The notes below the pieces were generated by a model. The model was given only the letters and a program-made list of their open reading frames with translations, had not been told where the DNA came from and did no database searches. 64,000 nucleotides of DNA from positions 81,592,001 to 81,656,000 of the forward strand of contig NW_027266275.1 of the NCBI RefSeq assembly GCF_022045235.1, given 5' to 3'. The position numbers and the translations under genes were made by a program. Positions 26,607-38,784 of the stretch are shown here, piece after piece. Numbering within the stretch: the first letter of the stretch is position 1; each line of letters begins with the position of its first letter. This DNA comes from Haliotis cracherodii. Lineage: Eukaryota.

Positions 26607-27099
26607 GTAGGCCACTGCAATACTGGTGACTGCAGCAGAAAATACTTCAGTCTGTATCTAATGTGTCACAACTGCCTCTATTTTAAAGTGAGATGTAAAG
26701 CTTCATTTAAGGCTAATAAAATAATAGTCTTGGTTCTCCAGCATGGCCCACCTCATCATAAAATCTGCCACACATTTCATTTTTATTTCCATTTGCAAAA
26801 TAATAAAAATATCCTAATACTTAACAAAAATGTGATCCAATATAGCACACAGTTACTTCTCTCATGTTATGGTCGTGGCGATGAGAGGAAAGAAATAATT
26901 AAAAACTCCTTGTTTGTGTCGGGTGGCCCTTTCCTAGGTTGATGATTCACAACTGTTTATAGGGTTAGACTAGGACGCAAGCAACCTGTGCTGGTCATGA
27001 GAGGTCAACCCTGTGGGATTTGGGGTTAGAATACGGCCCCGACATCATTTGACTTTCCCCTGTGAAGATTCTGTGCGCTACAGCTTGCTGTGCTGACTA

Positions 27100-27310
27100 G
27101 TGTTCCTTGGCTATGACTGTGGGTTCGAATCCTGGTCGGCCCCGATTATGTTTCTTGGTTTGTCAGCACCATACCCGTGCTTGGGATTTCACCAGAGTGG
27201 TAAACGTCTGAGACCTGCATCACTTCGGGCTTTCCTCCCACAATAAGCTGACATGCTTTGATATAACTGGAATATTGTTAAAATCAGAGCTACACTCAAG
27301 TCAACTCAAT
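27100..27310 (+). mobile_element. SINE family B
   Basis: GGTTCGAATCC; colinear with 26097 and 37265. Confidence 0.8.
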
Positions 27311-27393
27311 CCTTTCCAAACTGCCATGATATGAATGAAATGTTGCTGATGGCAGCACATGATAACATTGCCACTCATGTTTCTGTGTTCCAG

Positions 27394-27469
27394 TCTGAAT
27401 CCAGCTTAGAGGACTCGGAAGCCCTTGAAGTCAGGAAGAGGCACTCGCTGCTGAGAGAGCATGGCATAG
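27394..27469 (+). CDS. ANK2: Ankyrin exon: UPA-death domain linker
   Basis: ttccAG ... TAG|GTGAGT; SESSLEDSEALEVRKRHSLLREHGI. Phase 0-1 bridges the flanking exons. Confidence 0.9.
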
Positions 27470-27639
27470 GTGAGTTGTTCCCTCTCACTCTCATTCAAAC
27501 TCAATACAACTCAATACAGGTGAATTTGTTGCAATGGAAGTTAACGGTAACAAACACTATTCATTTCATTGAAATGCAACAGTTATTTTTCAAGAACTGT
27601 TAAATATTTGTGTTTGTATGTCTGCTGTTAAGTTATCAT

Positions 27640-27930
27640 CTGCTATAATTAACTTGTCGTCAGCCGTTGTTAACAGACTGCCTGCTGTTTTTGACCGCTT
27701 GTCTTCTGTTCTTAATCACCCGTCTGCTGTTATTTACCAGTTGTCTGCTGTTATTAACTGGTCATCTGCCATTGTTAACAGATCGCCTGCTGTTTTTGAC
27801 CACTTGTCTTCTGTTCTTAATCACCCGTCTGCTGTTGTTTACCAGTTGTCTGCTGTTATTAACTGGTCATCTGCCATTGTTAACAGATCGCCTGCTGTTG
27901 TTGACCAGTTGTCTGCTGTTGTTGACCAGT
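27640..27930. repeat. Intronic tandem repeat (21-bp subunits, about 105-bp higher-order unit)
   Basis: ctgctgttgttgaccagttgt-like units filling most of the linker-to-death-domain intron. Confidence 0.8.
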
Positions 27931-27946
27931 CTTTATTATGTTCCAG

Positions 27947-28150
27947 TGGTCCAGGACACTGTGAGTCGGGGTCAGATGAAGCTGACAGACATCGCGGACA
28001 CCCTCCAGGGAGACTGGGTCATCCTAGCCCAGCAACTGGACATCACCATGTCGGAGATCAACCGCATCAAGACCGACTACAACACTGTCAACGACCAAGC
28101 TCTTGCCATGTTGAACCTGTGGGTACAGAAGAACAAAGAAAAGGCAACAG
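27947..28150 (+). CDS. ANK2: Ankyrin exon: death domain part 1
   Basis: ttccAG ... CAG|GTACAC; MKLTDIADTLQGDWVILAQQLDITMSEINRIK...DQALAMLNLWVQK. Phase 1-1. Confidence 0.94.
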
Positions 28151-28461
28151 GTACACTTCAGTCGCTTAGACAGAACCACAGCTACCATGATCATGTGTAC
28201 AAACCACCTGGAGGTCATTTTACACCAATTGCATGTCGCAAGGCCATTCAATGTCTGCTTCCTCAGAGTTCTTCCCCCCACATAAAGCTGACACGCCAAT
28301 ATACAGCTGGAATAGTGTAAAAAGTGGTATTGAACTCAACTCGCTCACCCTATAAGGATTACTGAGCGGAATATGTTCCAAGTACTAATTTTCATTTTAT
28401 TAAAATCATGGATGAGAGTAAATAAGGTTTAAGGTCTTAGTTTTCGTGATGTTTGTTGCAG

Positions 28462-28590
28462 GTAATGCCTTAGAGAGTGCCTTGCGTAAGATCAACCGAG
28501 AAGATGTTGCCCAGAAGTGTATGTACGACATCGAGACGGTGGAAGATGAGATGGAGGCAGCAGCAGCCAGGGTAGCCATGGATCAGTCAG
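28462..28590 (+). CDS. ANK2: Ankyrin exon: death domain part 2
   Basis: ttgcAG ... CAG|GTAGGC; GNALESALRKINREDVAQKCMYDIETVEDEMEAAAARVAMDQS. Phase 1-1. Confidence 0.93.
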
Positions 28591-28893
28591 GTAGGCAACA
28601 CTGTACACAATACGGAGGGGGGAGGGGGGTACAGGTAGTTATGGATCAGTCAGGTAGGCAACACTGTACACACTGGTCGGGGGTGGGGGGGTACAGGTAG
28701 CCATGGATCAGTCAGGTAGCCATGGATCAGTCAGGTAGGCAGCACTGTACCTGATTGCGATTGTAGTTTGGTCAGATCTTACCCATGCTCTTAGGCTTCA
28801 ATAACGTGACAAATTCTTGTGACCTGTGACATTCCATGACGTAACTACCGGTCACGTTGGACAGGTTCTATTCAATGGTGTTATCTCTTTCAG

Positions 28894-28991
28894 GTTTCGA
28901 TACATTTAAGGAAGAAGTAGGAATTACAAAAGACTCCATGAAGAGAGGCATGTCCCTCGACGTCCAATACGATGAACAAGACCTTATAAAG
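28894..28991 (+). CDS. ANK2: Ankyrin exon following death domain
   Basis: ctttcAG ... AAG|GTAACA; GFDTFKEEVGITKDSMKRGMSLDVQYDEQDLIK. Phase 1-0. Confidence 0.9.
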
Positions 28992-30054
28992 GTAACACAA
29001 AATGCGCTATTCCCCTACCACAAACCATCACCCCATAGTAAAGCTAGGACATCAGAACGGCCGCAAAGGTCTTGGAAGACTCGAAGTTGAAATAATTCAG
29101 TATTTTGTCAAATTTATTGATTTTGTAAACCATTTCCGTCGATATCTTATCTTTGTGGCCTTTCTGTAATAAGATATTAGACTAACAACTAGATTAGATT
29201 CACAACTAGAGAAGAGACATACGCTACCTATTTATAGATAAGGAATTTGCAGATCAGCAAGTTCGTCTGTGCTGTACAAATATACTGACGGGAAAAGACA
29301 ATAGGTGTTTGGTGATTACCTCCTGCCATTGGTGGACTCTTTCCATAGGATGATTCCGGGGTCGGGGTATCATTGCACGATGAGTATGGCCATTTTGGGG
29401 GGCTGTGTTTGTTTTCCTTGTTTTTAAATTTTGACAAGATTGTACTAGATACAGAGAAAAGGAAATATCTGAATTCCAGTATGGAAATCTGTGATTTTGA
29501 GTATGTCGACGTTTGTGTTGAGACAGCCCAGCACAGTGGGACTTGCTGTTTTGTAGATATAGCCATCACTGCAAACTAGACAGTAATGAGAGTAGATAGG
29601 CACCATACACTACAACTGAGTCGGCAAACAGGTCACATCCTATGCAGTTGGAATTTTGAAATGATCTATTGATTCTTGGTCTGTTTTGTCAAAACATTTA
29701 TGAAAATTTAGTACTTTTCTACCTGGGTCTGTGACTGTTTGTAGCTTGACCATAACTATAATACTCTAACAACTGCCTTCACCACATAACAGTATGCCTG
29801 TGCACTAATACAGTCATTCATTCCTTCAGGACAAATTCAACACTGACATTGGTACTTTCGTGCAGAAGTCAGCCTACGTGTTAAGACTGATTTAACCCTT
29901 TACTGGAAAGGTTACAGTAATAGCTCAAAGATACATTTGAACACGAGGTCCTTGTGTTAGAAATGTACAATGGTTGTTAATATGGAATTAACATCTACGT
30001 GTATATAACAGCTAGGTTGTCTAGGTCATCATCCCAGTGCCTGGTCCCACCCTC

Positions 30055-30872
30055 CCACCCGACCTACCATCTACCCGACATACCATCTACCCGACATACC
30101 ATCTCCATGACCTACCATATCCACGACCTACCATCTACCCGACCTATCATCCCCATGACCTACCATCTACCCGACCTACCATCTCCATGACCTACCATCT
30201 ACCCGCCCTACAATCTCCACGACCTACCATCTACCTCACCTACCATCTAGCCGACCTACCATCTCCATGACCTACCATCTCCATGACCTACCATCTCCAC
30301 GACCTACCATCTGCACGACCTACCATCTACCCGACCTACCATCTCCACGATCTACCATCTCCACGACCTACCATCTCCACGACTTACCATCTCCACGACT
30401 TACCATCTCCACGACCTACCATCTCCACGACCTACCATCTACCTGACTTACCATCTCCACGACCTACCATCTCCACGACTTACCATCTCCATGACCTACC
30501 ATCTCCACGACCTACCATCTACCTGACTTACCATCTCCACGACCTACCATCTTCACGACCTACCATCTCCATGACCTACCATCTACCCGACCTACCATCT
30601 CCACGACCTACCATCTACCCGACCTACCATCTCCACGACCTACCATCTCCACGACCTACCATATACCTGACCTACCATCTTCACGACCTAAAATCTCCAT
30701 GACCTACCATCTACCCGACCTACCATCTACCCGACCTACCATCTACCCGACCTACCATCTCTACGACCTACAATCTCCACGACCTACCATCCACCCGACC
30801 TACCATCCACCTGACCTACCATCCACCCGACCTATCATCCACCCAACCTCCCATCTACCTGACCTACCATCT
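30055..30872. repeat. 16-bp minisatellite (GACCTACCATCTCCAC), about 50 copies
   Basis: Directly visible. Confidence 0.95.
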
Positions 30873-31039
30873 CATTTTGACCTCTCATCTCTTAGCCACT
30901 CCCATTTTAGTTTGGTTGCTGCCACTCAACATCTTTGACAGCTTGCAGTCGCACTTTGACCCTGACCCTGCCTGCCGATTGGTCGGTCTCTGGCTGATTG
31001 ACATATTATTATCTCTTGCATGCCACTACCTTATTTCAG

Positions 31040-31057
31040 AGCCTGGACGATATTCAG
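31040..31057 (+). CDS. ANK2: Candidate 18-nt microexon (SLDDIQ in phase 0)
   Basis: cttatttcAG acceptor, CAG|GTAGGA donor, frame-preserving. TGCATG at 31017; YGCY-rich downstream. Confidence 0.6.
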
Positions 31058-33028
31058 GTAGGATTCTCATCCCAGCTGTAACCCCACCCCCATATGTCCC
31101 GCCTTCTCTGCTCAGTGCGTGCTTGCCTGCTTGCTGCTTCCCCTGTTTGTCCTAAGTTTGTCGCGCCGTTTGCTTGCTGCTATTATTGGATATCCGAATC
31201 AGTATAATTAGCCATTGAGTAGATATGTTTTTAAATTTTATTTTATTTTGTTTCTTTAGATTATTTAGTGAGTTTTATTCAAATTTATTGACTTTTCACT
31301 CTGTGTTGCACAAAGTTGTCCAAAATAAGTTTAGAGCTCATTCTATTATTTGGGGCATGGTGAAACCAAAATTTATACCTGTGTAAAAACTTACACTTGG
31401 AACCAAACTGAAATCTGTATTTTTCTTAATGTATATTGAAACTTTCTATATAAATACATAGAGTTGTTAAAAAAATAGTAACCCAGATATCACGTACGTT
31501 ATTAGTTTTGAGGAAACCAGGATGTTATTTGATTGTGAGATGCTCAGTGTTATATACCAGTGCCGTGTGGAACATACTGTTGTGCCCATGGTTGCCAAAA
31601 TTGCTCTGCACACAGCTGCCCCGATATTGCGTCTCTCCTTCAGTATTGTTTTCATTTGTCTTTCACATCACCCCTGAGCTCTTTCTGTTCCAGGAACCAC
31701 TTCTGACATTTTCTCATCTTGCCCTCCCTCACTATACCACATTAGATCTCTTAGAGAAAATACCTGGCACAACCCCGCTCTACCACCCCATCTTGATAAG
31801 ACAATTTGGAATTTTTTATCTTTCACCATTTCATTAGTGAAAAGGAATATTTTAGTTTTGTTGTATTTATGTTACATTTATGTGATACCGCATTTGTAGA
31901 ATGTAGAAATATGTAGAGGATTTTCTGCAATTCTGCCTCAGTTGCAATCCTCATCTCATCACCTTCATTAATAGTTGTCAGGCCACCAGTATCATCAATG
32001 GCCGCCATCGGCTCTGCTCTCCTCAGGAAAACCTTTCTATTTTGTCTCTTCCAGTAGAAATTCATAGACATGGAAACGGAGAATATGACAGATTGTGTTA
32101 GTAGGCCTCTCACCTCAGTGGATGTGTGGTAATGTGTTCAGATATGTGTGTATGTGTACAAGCTTGGGCAAGGAAGTCCGAAGGTCGCCACAAGCATCAG
32201 ACAGAAATGTCTTGTCATTTGTCTTACACCATTACATGCTAAGCCATTCACATTTGTTTTCACAAATTGCCAAAGAAATACTTGTTCATCTTTGAAAATA
32301 TTGTTTGATATATTTTGGATTTTATATATTTTATATATTTTTGTGTGTGTTAACATTTAGGATTTGACTTGTATGATTCACAAATGTCTTGAGGACTGTC
32401 CATTGTTAAAGCCAATTTTTTGTCCAGTTTGTAGTTACTCCTTGAGGGCCATTCATAAAAAAAACCAACTGCTTTTTTTCATCATATATTGCAAACAGTT
32501 ACTAGAGTCTTTTTGACTTTGATCTCAATTTATGGCATGGTTTTCAAAAATATTTTAAAATCTATTTTGCTTAAATCCATGCATGCTTGCATCATTTAAT
32601 ACCAGTAGGTTTTCCAAAAAATAATTTCACATAAAACATTACCTTTCCTGAAAATTTTCAAGTTTAATTTTGTAGATTCCTTAATGGACTTTGTTTCCTG
32701 TTTCTTCTTGTTTCAGATATTTGAGGGAGTGAAACATATAACTTTATGTTGGATTCAGATTCGAAAAGGGAAAATGAAATTCAAACTTGATTATTTTTTT
32801 CTTTCAAATTTATGGTTGGTAGTTTCAAGATATGTTATCGAAAGATGCAAACCTTAAACCATAAACATATAGTTTTTTGAAAGTGTGAAAGATGCATCCA
32901 TAGATATTCAAGAGGTCTGCCTAAAACAAGCCAAGTATTGACCAGACCTGCAACTGATTCAGATCAAGTTTCCTTTGAACTCAGTATCTGTTGTTAAGTG
33001 TGTCTAAGTCTGTGTATTTGTCTTTCAG

Positions 33029-33116
33029 GAGTCGGAGTCTGCAGCAGAAGAGTCCAGTCCAAGTAGTGACCGCGGGTCCTTTGTGGACAGGACTGCACCT
33101 AAAGTAGAAGCTGAAG
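33029..33116 (+). CDS. ANK2: Ankyrin C-terminal region exon
   Basis: tctttcAG ... AAG|GTGAGG; ESESAAEESSPSSDRGSFVDRTAPKVEAE. Phase 0-1, linking to the downstream phase-1 exons. Confidence 0.85.
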
Positions 33117-33289
33117 GTGAGGGATAGTTGTGAAAGTAGTATCAGTTATGAATCTGTTCTGTGATGTGCTGCAATCATTACAAGAAGCCACTATGTTGAA
33201 ATGTCAGATATTTTGACGTGTTTGGATATCTGAATCTGTATAATTAGTTATTAAGTAGTGAAGTTTTTGAAACTTTATTTTGTTTTCAG

Positions 33290-33307
33290 TAGATGATTTT
33301 TCAAATA
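33290..33307 (+). CDS. ANK2: Candidate 18-nt microexon (VDDFSN); NAGNAG acceptor gives a 15-nt variant
   Basis: ttttgttttcAG|TAG acceptor, ATA|GTGAGT donor. Phase 1-1, no stop. Confidence 0.6.
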
Positions 33308-33653
33308 GTGAGTTTGCACTCTATTATTCATAGCCTTGTCCATAGCCGATATGCTTTTGAGACCTGGACTCAGTGACCTTTTGTCCCAAAGTTGTGTTTG
33401 TCTTTGCAAAAGGTTAATTATTAATAATCTTGTGTTATGGGTGTATAAAAATCATGAGTTGATCTCTGTAAAATCATTTGGATCAAGTTTTGAATCTAGA
33501 AAGAATTTATTAAATTTTTTATTTCAGTATGAACAAATATTTAACATTCTTCTCAGATTCGTCATATGGTGGCTTTGACTTTTGATTCCAGCATATAATT
33601 AAATGTTTGTTTGAATGAGTTTTATTTCAGCTGAATATTTTAGCTGTCTGCTG

Positions 33654-33760
33654 ACCACTCAAAAGAAGTTAAGGATACTTTCATATTACTGTCATACAAT
33701 GTACTGTCAACTCTGGTTATATGATAGAATCAGGTGTTGTTTAACTTCTTTTGAGTAGTA
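33654..33760. mobile_element. MITE, same TIR family as 17441
   Basis: accactcaaaagaagttaagg... / ...ggtgttgtttaacttcttttgagtagta. Confidence 0.7.
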
Positions 33761-34249
33761 TATACTGTTGTATATGTATATATGTGTACAAACACTATGG
33801 ATATGTCTATGCACACTTGCTTAGCGGTAACTTAGTGCTGTCATGTTTTGTGAGAATACTTTTGTAGGACATGCTATTTTGACTTTCTGAAACTGTGATA
33901 ATTAGTTGTACTTTGAGGATGTCCGCTGGTATTATTTTGGTTTTTATCTCCTCAAACTGTTGTGTCGGGCTCCATTAACGTCTGTGGCTATGATGCTCTA
34001 TCCTGATGTGTGAATTCTTGGTGCCATTACGTCATCAATAACATATTTAAAATTATGGATATGTACAATTTGTATTTTGTATTCAATTTTGTTAAGACCT
34101 GCTCAAAAACATATTGCAATTTAAGTAATCTGTACAAATAAAGTTTCCAATTTGTGGTCAACCTAGTTCCGGATTCTTTTATCCAAATTTCTTTGAGAGG
34201 GAGATTCCCCGTGTGTTTCTGTTGTAAATCATTTGAGCAGACGGGTAGC

Positions 34250-34357
34250 TCACCTGCACAAAGCGATCTTTGCACTAAGATGATCTTAACTCCCATACTT
34301 TAACATAGGCTTACAATAGTCTTAGCGCTAAGATTGTTTTGTGCAAGGGGGCCCTGG
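34250..34357. mobile_element. Palindromic MITE-like element (diverged copy at 35905-36002)
   Basis: cacaaagcgatctttgcactaaga ... tcttagcgctaagattgttttgtg inverted arms; a second related copy is present. Confidence 0.65.
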
Positions 34358-34704
34358 ACTTGCTCATTGTCTTGAAGACACAGGTTCTATTCCTCTAGTC
34401 TTTCTGTTTTGCATACAACGAATCATTCTAGGTTGTAGACTGCATAGTATAAACAAGACTGCGTAGTATAAACAAGACTGTGTAGTATAAACTAATGTAC
34501 CTTTGACCATGAAGGAAGTAAAAGATGTGTCATAGAAGAGTAGGATCGTTTAAACCCTACCAGCGGACATCCATCACTGACATTTCAACACAACTGTAGC
34601 TGACATGTTATATATACACGAGTGTACTATTGTAGTGACATGTGAGAAGGATGATTGTCACAATGTAGCGGGGATATTGACACTTTGACCGTTATCTCAA
34701 TCAG

Positions 34705-34905
34705 CAACTAGCTCCCGCCCGGAATCTATAGCGGAGGAACAGATTTTAGCCGATTTAGATGTCCGTAGGCCGCTAGCAAAGGCAGAGTCACCAGAGGAAA
34801 CGGCAGAAACCTCTCGTAAAAAGAAAGAGGCTTATATGAGCCTTGTTAGCGAAATGGATCGTCTTGCTGATGAGCAGGAAGCATTGGAAAAATCCAAGAG
34901 AGAAG
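34705..34905 (+). CDS. ANK2: Ankyrin tail cassette exon (201 nt)
   Basis: caatcAG ... AAG|GTATTC; ATSSRPESIAEEQILADLDVRR...AYMSLVSEMDRLADEQEALEKSKRE. Phase 1-1, open. Confidence 0.8.
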
Positions 34906-37264
34906 GTATTCACTGTGGCCATTTGGACCTTCAGTCTGATGCACGTGCCTGCATTTTCCATGCATGTTAATTTCAAGAATACTGATCAATCTTTTCACCC
35001 ATGGCATGGAGCTTTTCAGTCGTCGTGCCTGCCATTTGTCACCATAACTGTCACTTCATATAACTTACTGCATCATGCACGACAAGATTGATCCCAGGAA
35101 CGTTGCCTCACCATCTGTATGTCCCTTGACCCACCTGTCTCTAGTCATCCAATCATGTAACTGTCTGACATCACTCGCCAATCATCCAATCATATGTCAG
35201 ACGTAGCGTTACTGTGTTGATGTTGTTTCTGTGAAAGATGGGAATTAGTCGTTCCCATGTCTGATGTGATTTTTGTTCAGTTTATTTTGGACTAATTGTG
35301 TGGAGACAAGTTCAGTGTTACATCTTTACATGAACATTTATTGTAACTGGTAAAAATTGTTTCATTCATCCTGGCATGTTCTAAATTAATGACAATTCCA
35401 AAGTAAACAGTTTATGTTATTTTGGAACAAATTTATAAGAAAGGGTTCATAATATCTGCTGTTTATTGAAACTATTGGGACATTTCAGTAAAGATTCTAG
35501 CATATTCGTCACACGTCCTAACAGTCTTAATAAAGAAGTTGTCATCCACACAGTTATTATTTTTACATTACCCAAATTCCACTAACTTTCACATCTGTTT
35601 CAAGGTTTTCCATATCCAGGAATTCCTTGTCATGTCTTTGTCAAGCAGTTTATGATTCCATGTTTTTTGTTCTAATTTGAACCTATTTTGTATGTGTTTA
35701 TCTGCTGTAGTGATGTACTGTACTCTGATAGTGTAAATCAGTGTGATAAGTTCCGTTTCATTTCATGATTGTTGAATTCCCATTTTGGTGTGTTTGGGTT
35801 ATCGGGGTTGCTGTGTCTTGGACTGTGTTGTATAAGGATGAAAGTTACCTGTACCTACTTCCCAACCCCCTATTACGTTTATCACATTGAACCAGGACCA
35901 CACTCCACAAAGCAGTCTTTGCGCTAAGGTGATTGTAACTCCGTTACTTGAGAATAGACTTACGACAATCCTAGTTCTACAATCACTTTGGGGACAAGGC
36001 CCACATCTTATCAAACAAGGCATGATGAGAACTTAGTTTACAAGTTGTATTTACAAATAAATGTCTTTGGGGATATGTTATTTTGAAAAATCAATTAAAT
36101 CATTGAGAATATGTCAAATATTTCCTGCAAAAAATGAGAAGTCGATTGAGTTCTACATTGAGAGCTATGTGGCTAGTATAATTGTGTGATCACTCAGCCA
36201 TTGCACATCGACATGTTTGTAGCCAAGCTGCATGTACATATCACACACTTAAGCAATGAATAGCAAGTCAGAAATAGCCTAAAGCTGGTGATTATCTGCA
36301 ATCCACAGCTGTCATACTATTGATTGACAGGCATACCTACATTCGTCAATATTGGCCTTGTCATGCAACGTGTCACGCTCTATATCTACACTATGTGTAG
36401 CAGCCCTGATCTTTCCTTCTCTCTTACAATGGGGCTGCCGAGGACACCCCAAGATCTTGTGTACTCCATCCTGTTCAGAATGTTGAAAAAACTTTTGATG
36501 ATAGAGCCAGTATCGTCATGGGCAATATCAGCTTGTATCCTTATGGGTAATCCACAAAGTAAGCTGGGACCATATCCCACTGACTAAACCAACTAGTCCA
36601 CTTCCTTCCCTAGCCATCTTCCTGGGGGTTGTATTATGGTGCTAGATGTCTCTCTGAACAGGTCAAAACTCTCTTGCAAGTGCAAGTATTAATTTGTAAA
36701 CATGGAAGTATTTTGTTTTTTAGAAGTCTCTAATTTATCTACCGTATGTGTAACACAGAACTCTTCACTTCCATCTGATGAAATGGAAGTTAATTCAGAA
36801 TCTGTTGTTTGGTCAGTTTATTATTATTAAATAAAAATAAGAAGTGGCTAATATTGATAATAACAATTTATCTCATCATTTTGTAAACGACCACTCCAAT
36901 TTGTTATGACAGCAAGACCTAGCTTCTCCGGTAACAGCATGCTTGGCATTTTTGTTGTGATTGTTGTACCCCTTTGTATCAACATGTTAAACTTGTATTG
37001 ATATTTGGCTGTGTTCCTCATGGCATGTGTTATCTGAAGCATGTTGCCACCACATGAATACCATACGTAACACAACCTGGTTTTAGTTCACAATCTGATT
37101 ATCATTGCCTACTAATTCACAGTTAATCAAACACTTACAGCTCGATGGTGCATGAGATTTAAAGTTTAATCCACATTTAATTCACAATTAAGCAGTAAAA
37201 GTTTTAATATCAGTTGTTTATATTTTGATCACTTAGACTGTGCAGAGATCACTTAGACTTTGCA

Positions 37265-37460
37265 GAGTTGCATCCCTTGGGCATACCAGAGATATATGAT
37301 AGTGGGTTTGAATCCCTGATTATGTTTCTAGGTTTGTCAGCACCATACTCGTGATTGTGGATTTCAGGAAAGTTTCACTGAGAGCTGCATCACTTCAGGC
37401 TTTCCTTCCAGATTAAGCTGACACGCTGTGATATAACTGGAATACTGTTAAAGCGGCATG
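37265..37460 (+). mobile_element. SINE family B
   Basis: gagttgcatcccttgggca... colinear with 26097. Confidence 0.8.
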
Positions 37461-38123
37461 AACGAATGATGAGTGATGTGTTAAGTACATAATGTCAATT
37501 AAATAATATATGTACTGTATTTATGCTGAATCAGTTGTCCATATTTACTGTCAGCTTTATTGACTGACCCCAGGTGTTGTGTTTGAAACACGGCCACTGT
37601 TTTCATAGCAATAATCTATATGTAGATGTTCAGTGTTGATTGTATGCTTGAGGATTATCTGCTGCAGCAGTCACTGACTGGAACATGCTCGGGAAATCTT
37701 TGTAACCAGTGGTTTGTTTTCAAATCATATTTCATTATTTTAGATGCTCATTTCGTTTAGATCTATTTTCTGATGCAGGTTGATTTGTCTTAAACTGGTC
37801 TATAGTTTCCTTGTTTCCATGTGGTGACTGTGGTCAAGTATTTATTGTTAATTTCCGACTGATGAAAGGAGGAACGTTTTAATATTTGAAGGTAGTAATT
37901 TTGGCTACATCTTTTTAAGTGAAACAGTGAAAAAAGCTGAGTCCAATAGTTTTATCACTTTCGAAATTCGAAATTTCATGAAATTTAAAAAAAACAAAAA
38001 TTGTTTGTATTTTTTTTTATATATATATATTTCCTTCATCAAGTCTCAACTTTGTTCCAAGCTGAGTAATCTGGAGACTAACAGATTAACTAGATGTTGT
38101 GCTTTTATCAATGCTGCGTCTAG

Positions 38124-38294
38124 TAACAGAAGAGAGGCACAGTGTTTCCGAAGACACAATTGTCCGAGTAGCAAAAGGCAGCCCGGAAGACCCTATGCAA
38201 CGTGTCCAGCAGGCTCCAGCACAAGCGCCCTGTGTTGATATGGAACCCGAGCGCTCCCCCAGTGAAACCTCCATGGTTTACAAAGGAGACCAAG
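38124..38294 (+). CDS. ANK2: Ankyrin tail cassette exon (171 nt)
   Basis: gtctAG ... AAG|GTAGCC; VTEERHSVSEDTIVRVAKGSPEDP...SETSMVYKGDQ. Phase 1-1. Confidence 0.78.
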
Positions 38295-38784
38295 GTAGCC
38301 CAGTCACAGTTGTCTCCCCTGCACCATGCACTGGTTTCACAAACAACATTTGCCTCAGTTGAAAGTTGAATGTATTTCTGTTTTGGTTGTCGTTTTGTGC
38401 ATGTTTCATATGTGATTTTTCTATTAACTTGAGTTTATTTTGAGTTAACAATTCTTTTTTCAGAAGGGTCATTCGAGAAATTTGCAACATTTGTTTGCTG
38501 TGCAGTGTATTTTAAAATTACACATGACATACTGGTATTAATTCTATTCATCACACAAAACATGGAAATATATATTAACTTTAAGAGGCACTGTTAGTTA
38601 AAGAAGAACACATTCATATCATTTATATATTACTTATGATCTAATACTTCCCAATGTCTAATAACTTTCCATGAATTAAATTTTCACTGGTGAAGGTGAA
38701 TTTAGCCATAAGTCTTATAAAGTCAACATTTTACTGACACAAGCTCTGCACGTGTCCTCATATCATATTCAAACAAGCCTCTTA

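Noticed and set aside
29999-30938. His/Pro/Thr-rich ORFs
   Set aside because: Translations of a 16-bp minisatellite; no splice signals.
29349-32728. Other good-looking acceptors (exons would start at 29349, 31694, 32717)
   Set aside because: No convincing donor or poly(A) signal; T-rich introns produce such sites by chance.
36386-36580. Minus ORF with GLPIRIQAD...SIIK resembling a Gypsy integrase core
   Set aside because: Similarity is too short and degenerate to call without an HMM search.
37761-37778. Possible 18-nt microexon DLFSDA (phase 1-1)
   Set aside because: Weak donor (GTTGAT) and a competing upstream AG; not distinguishable from chance.
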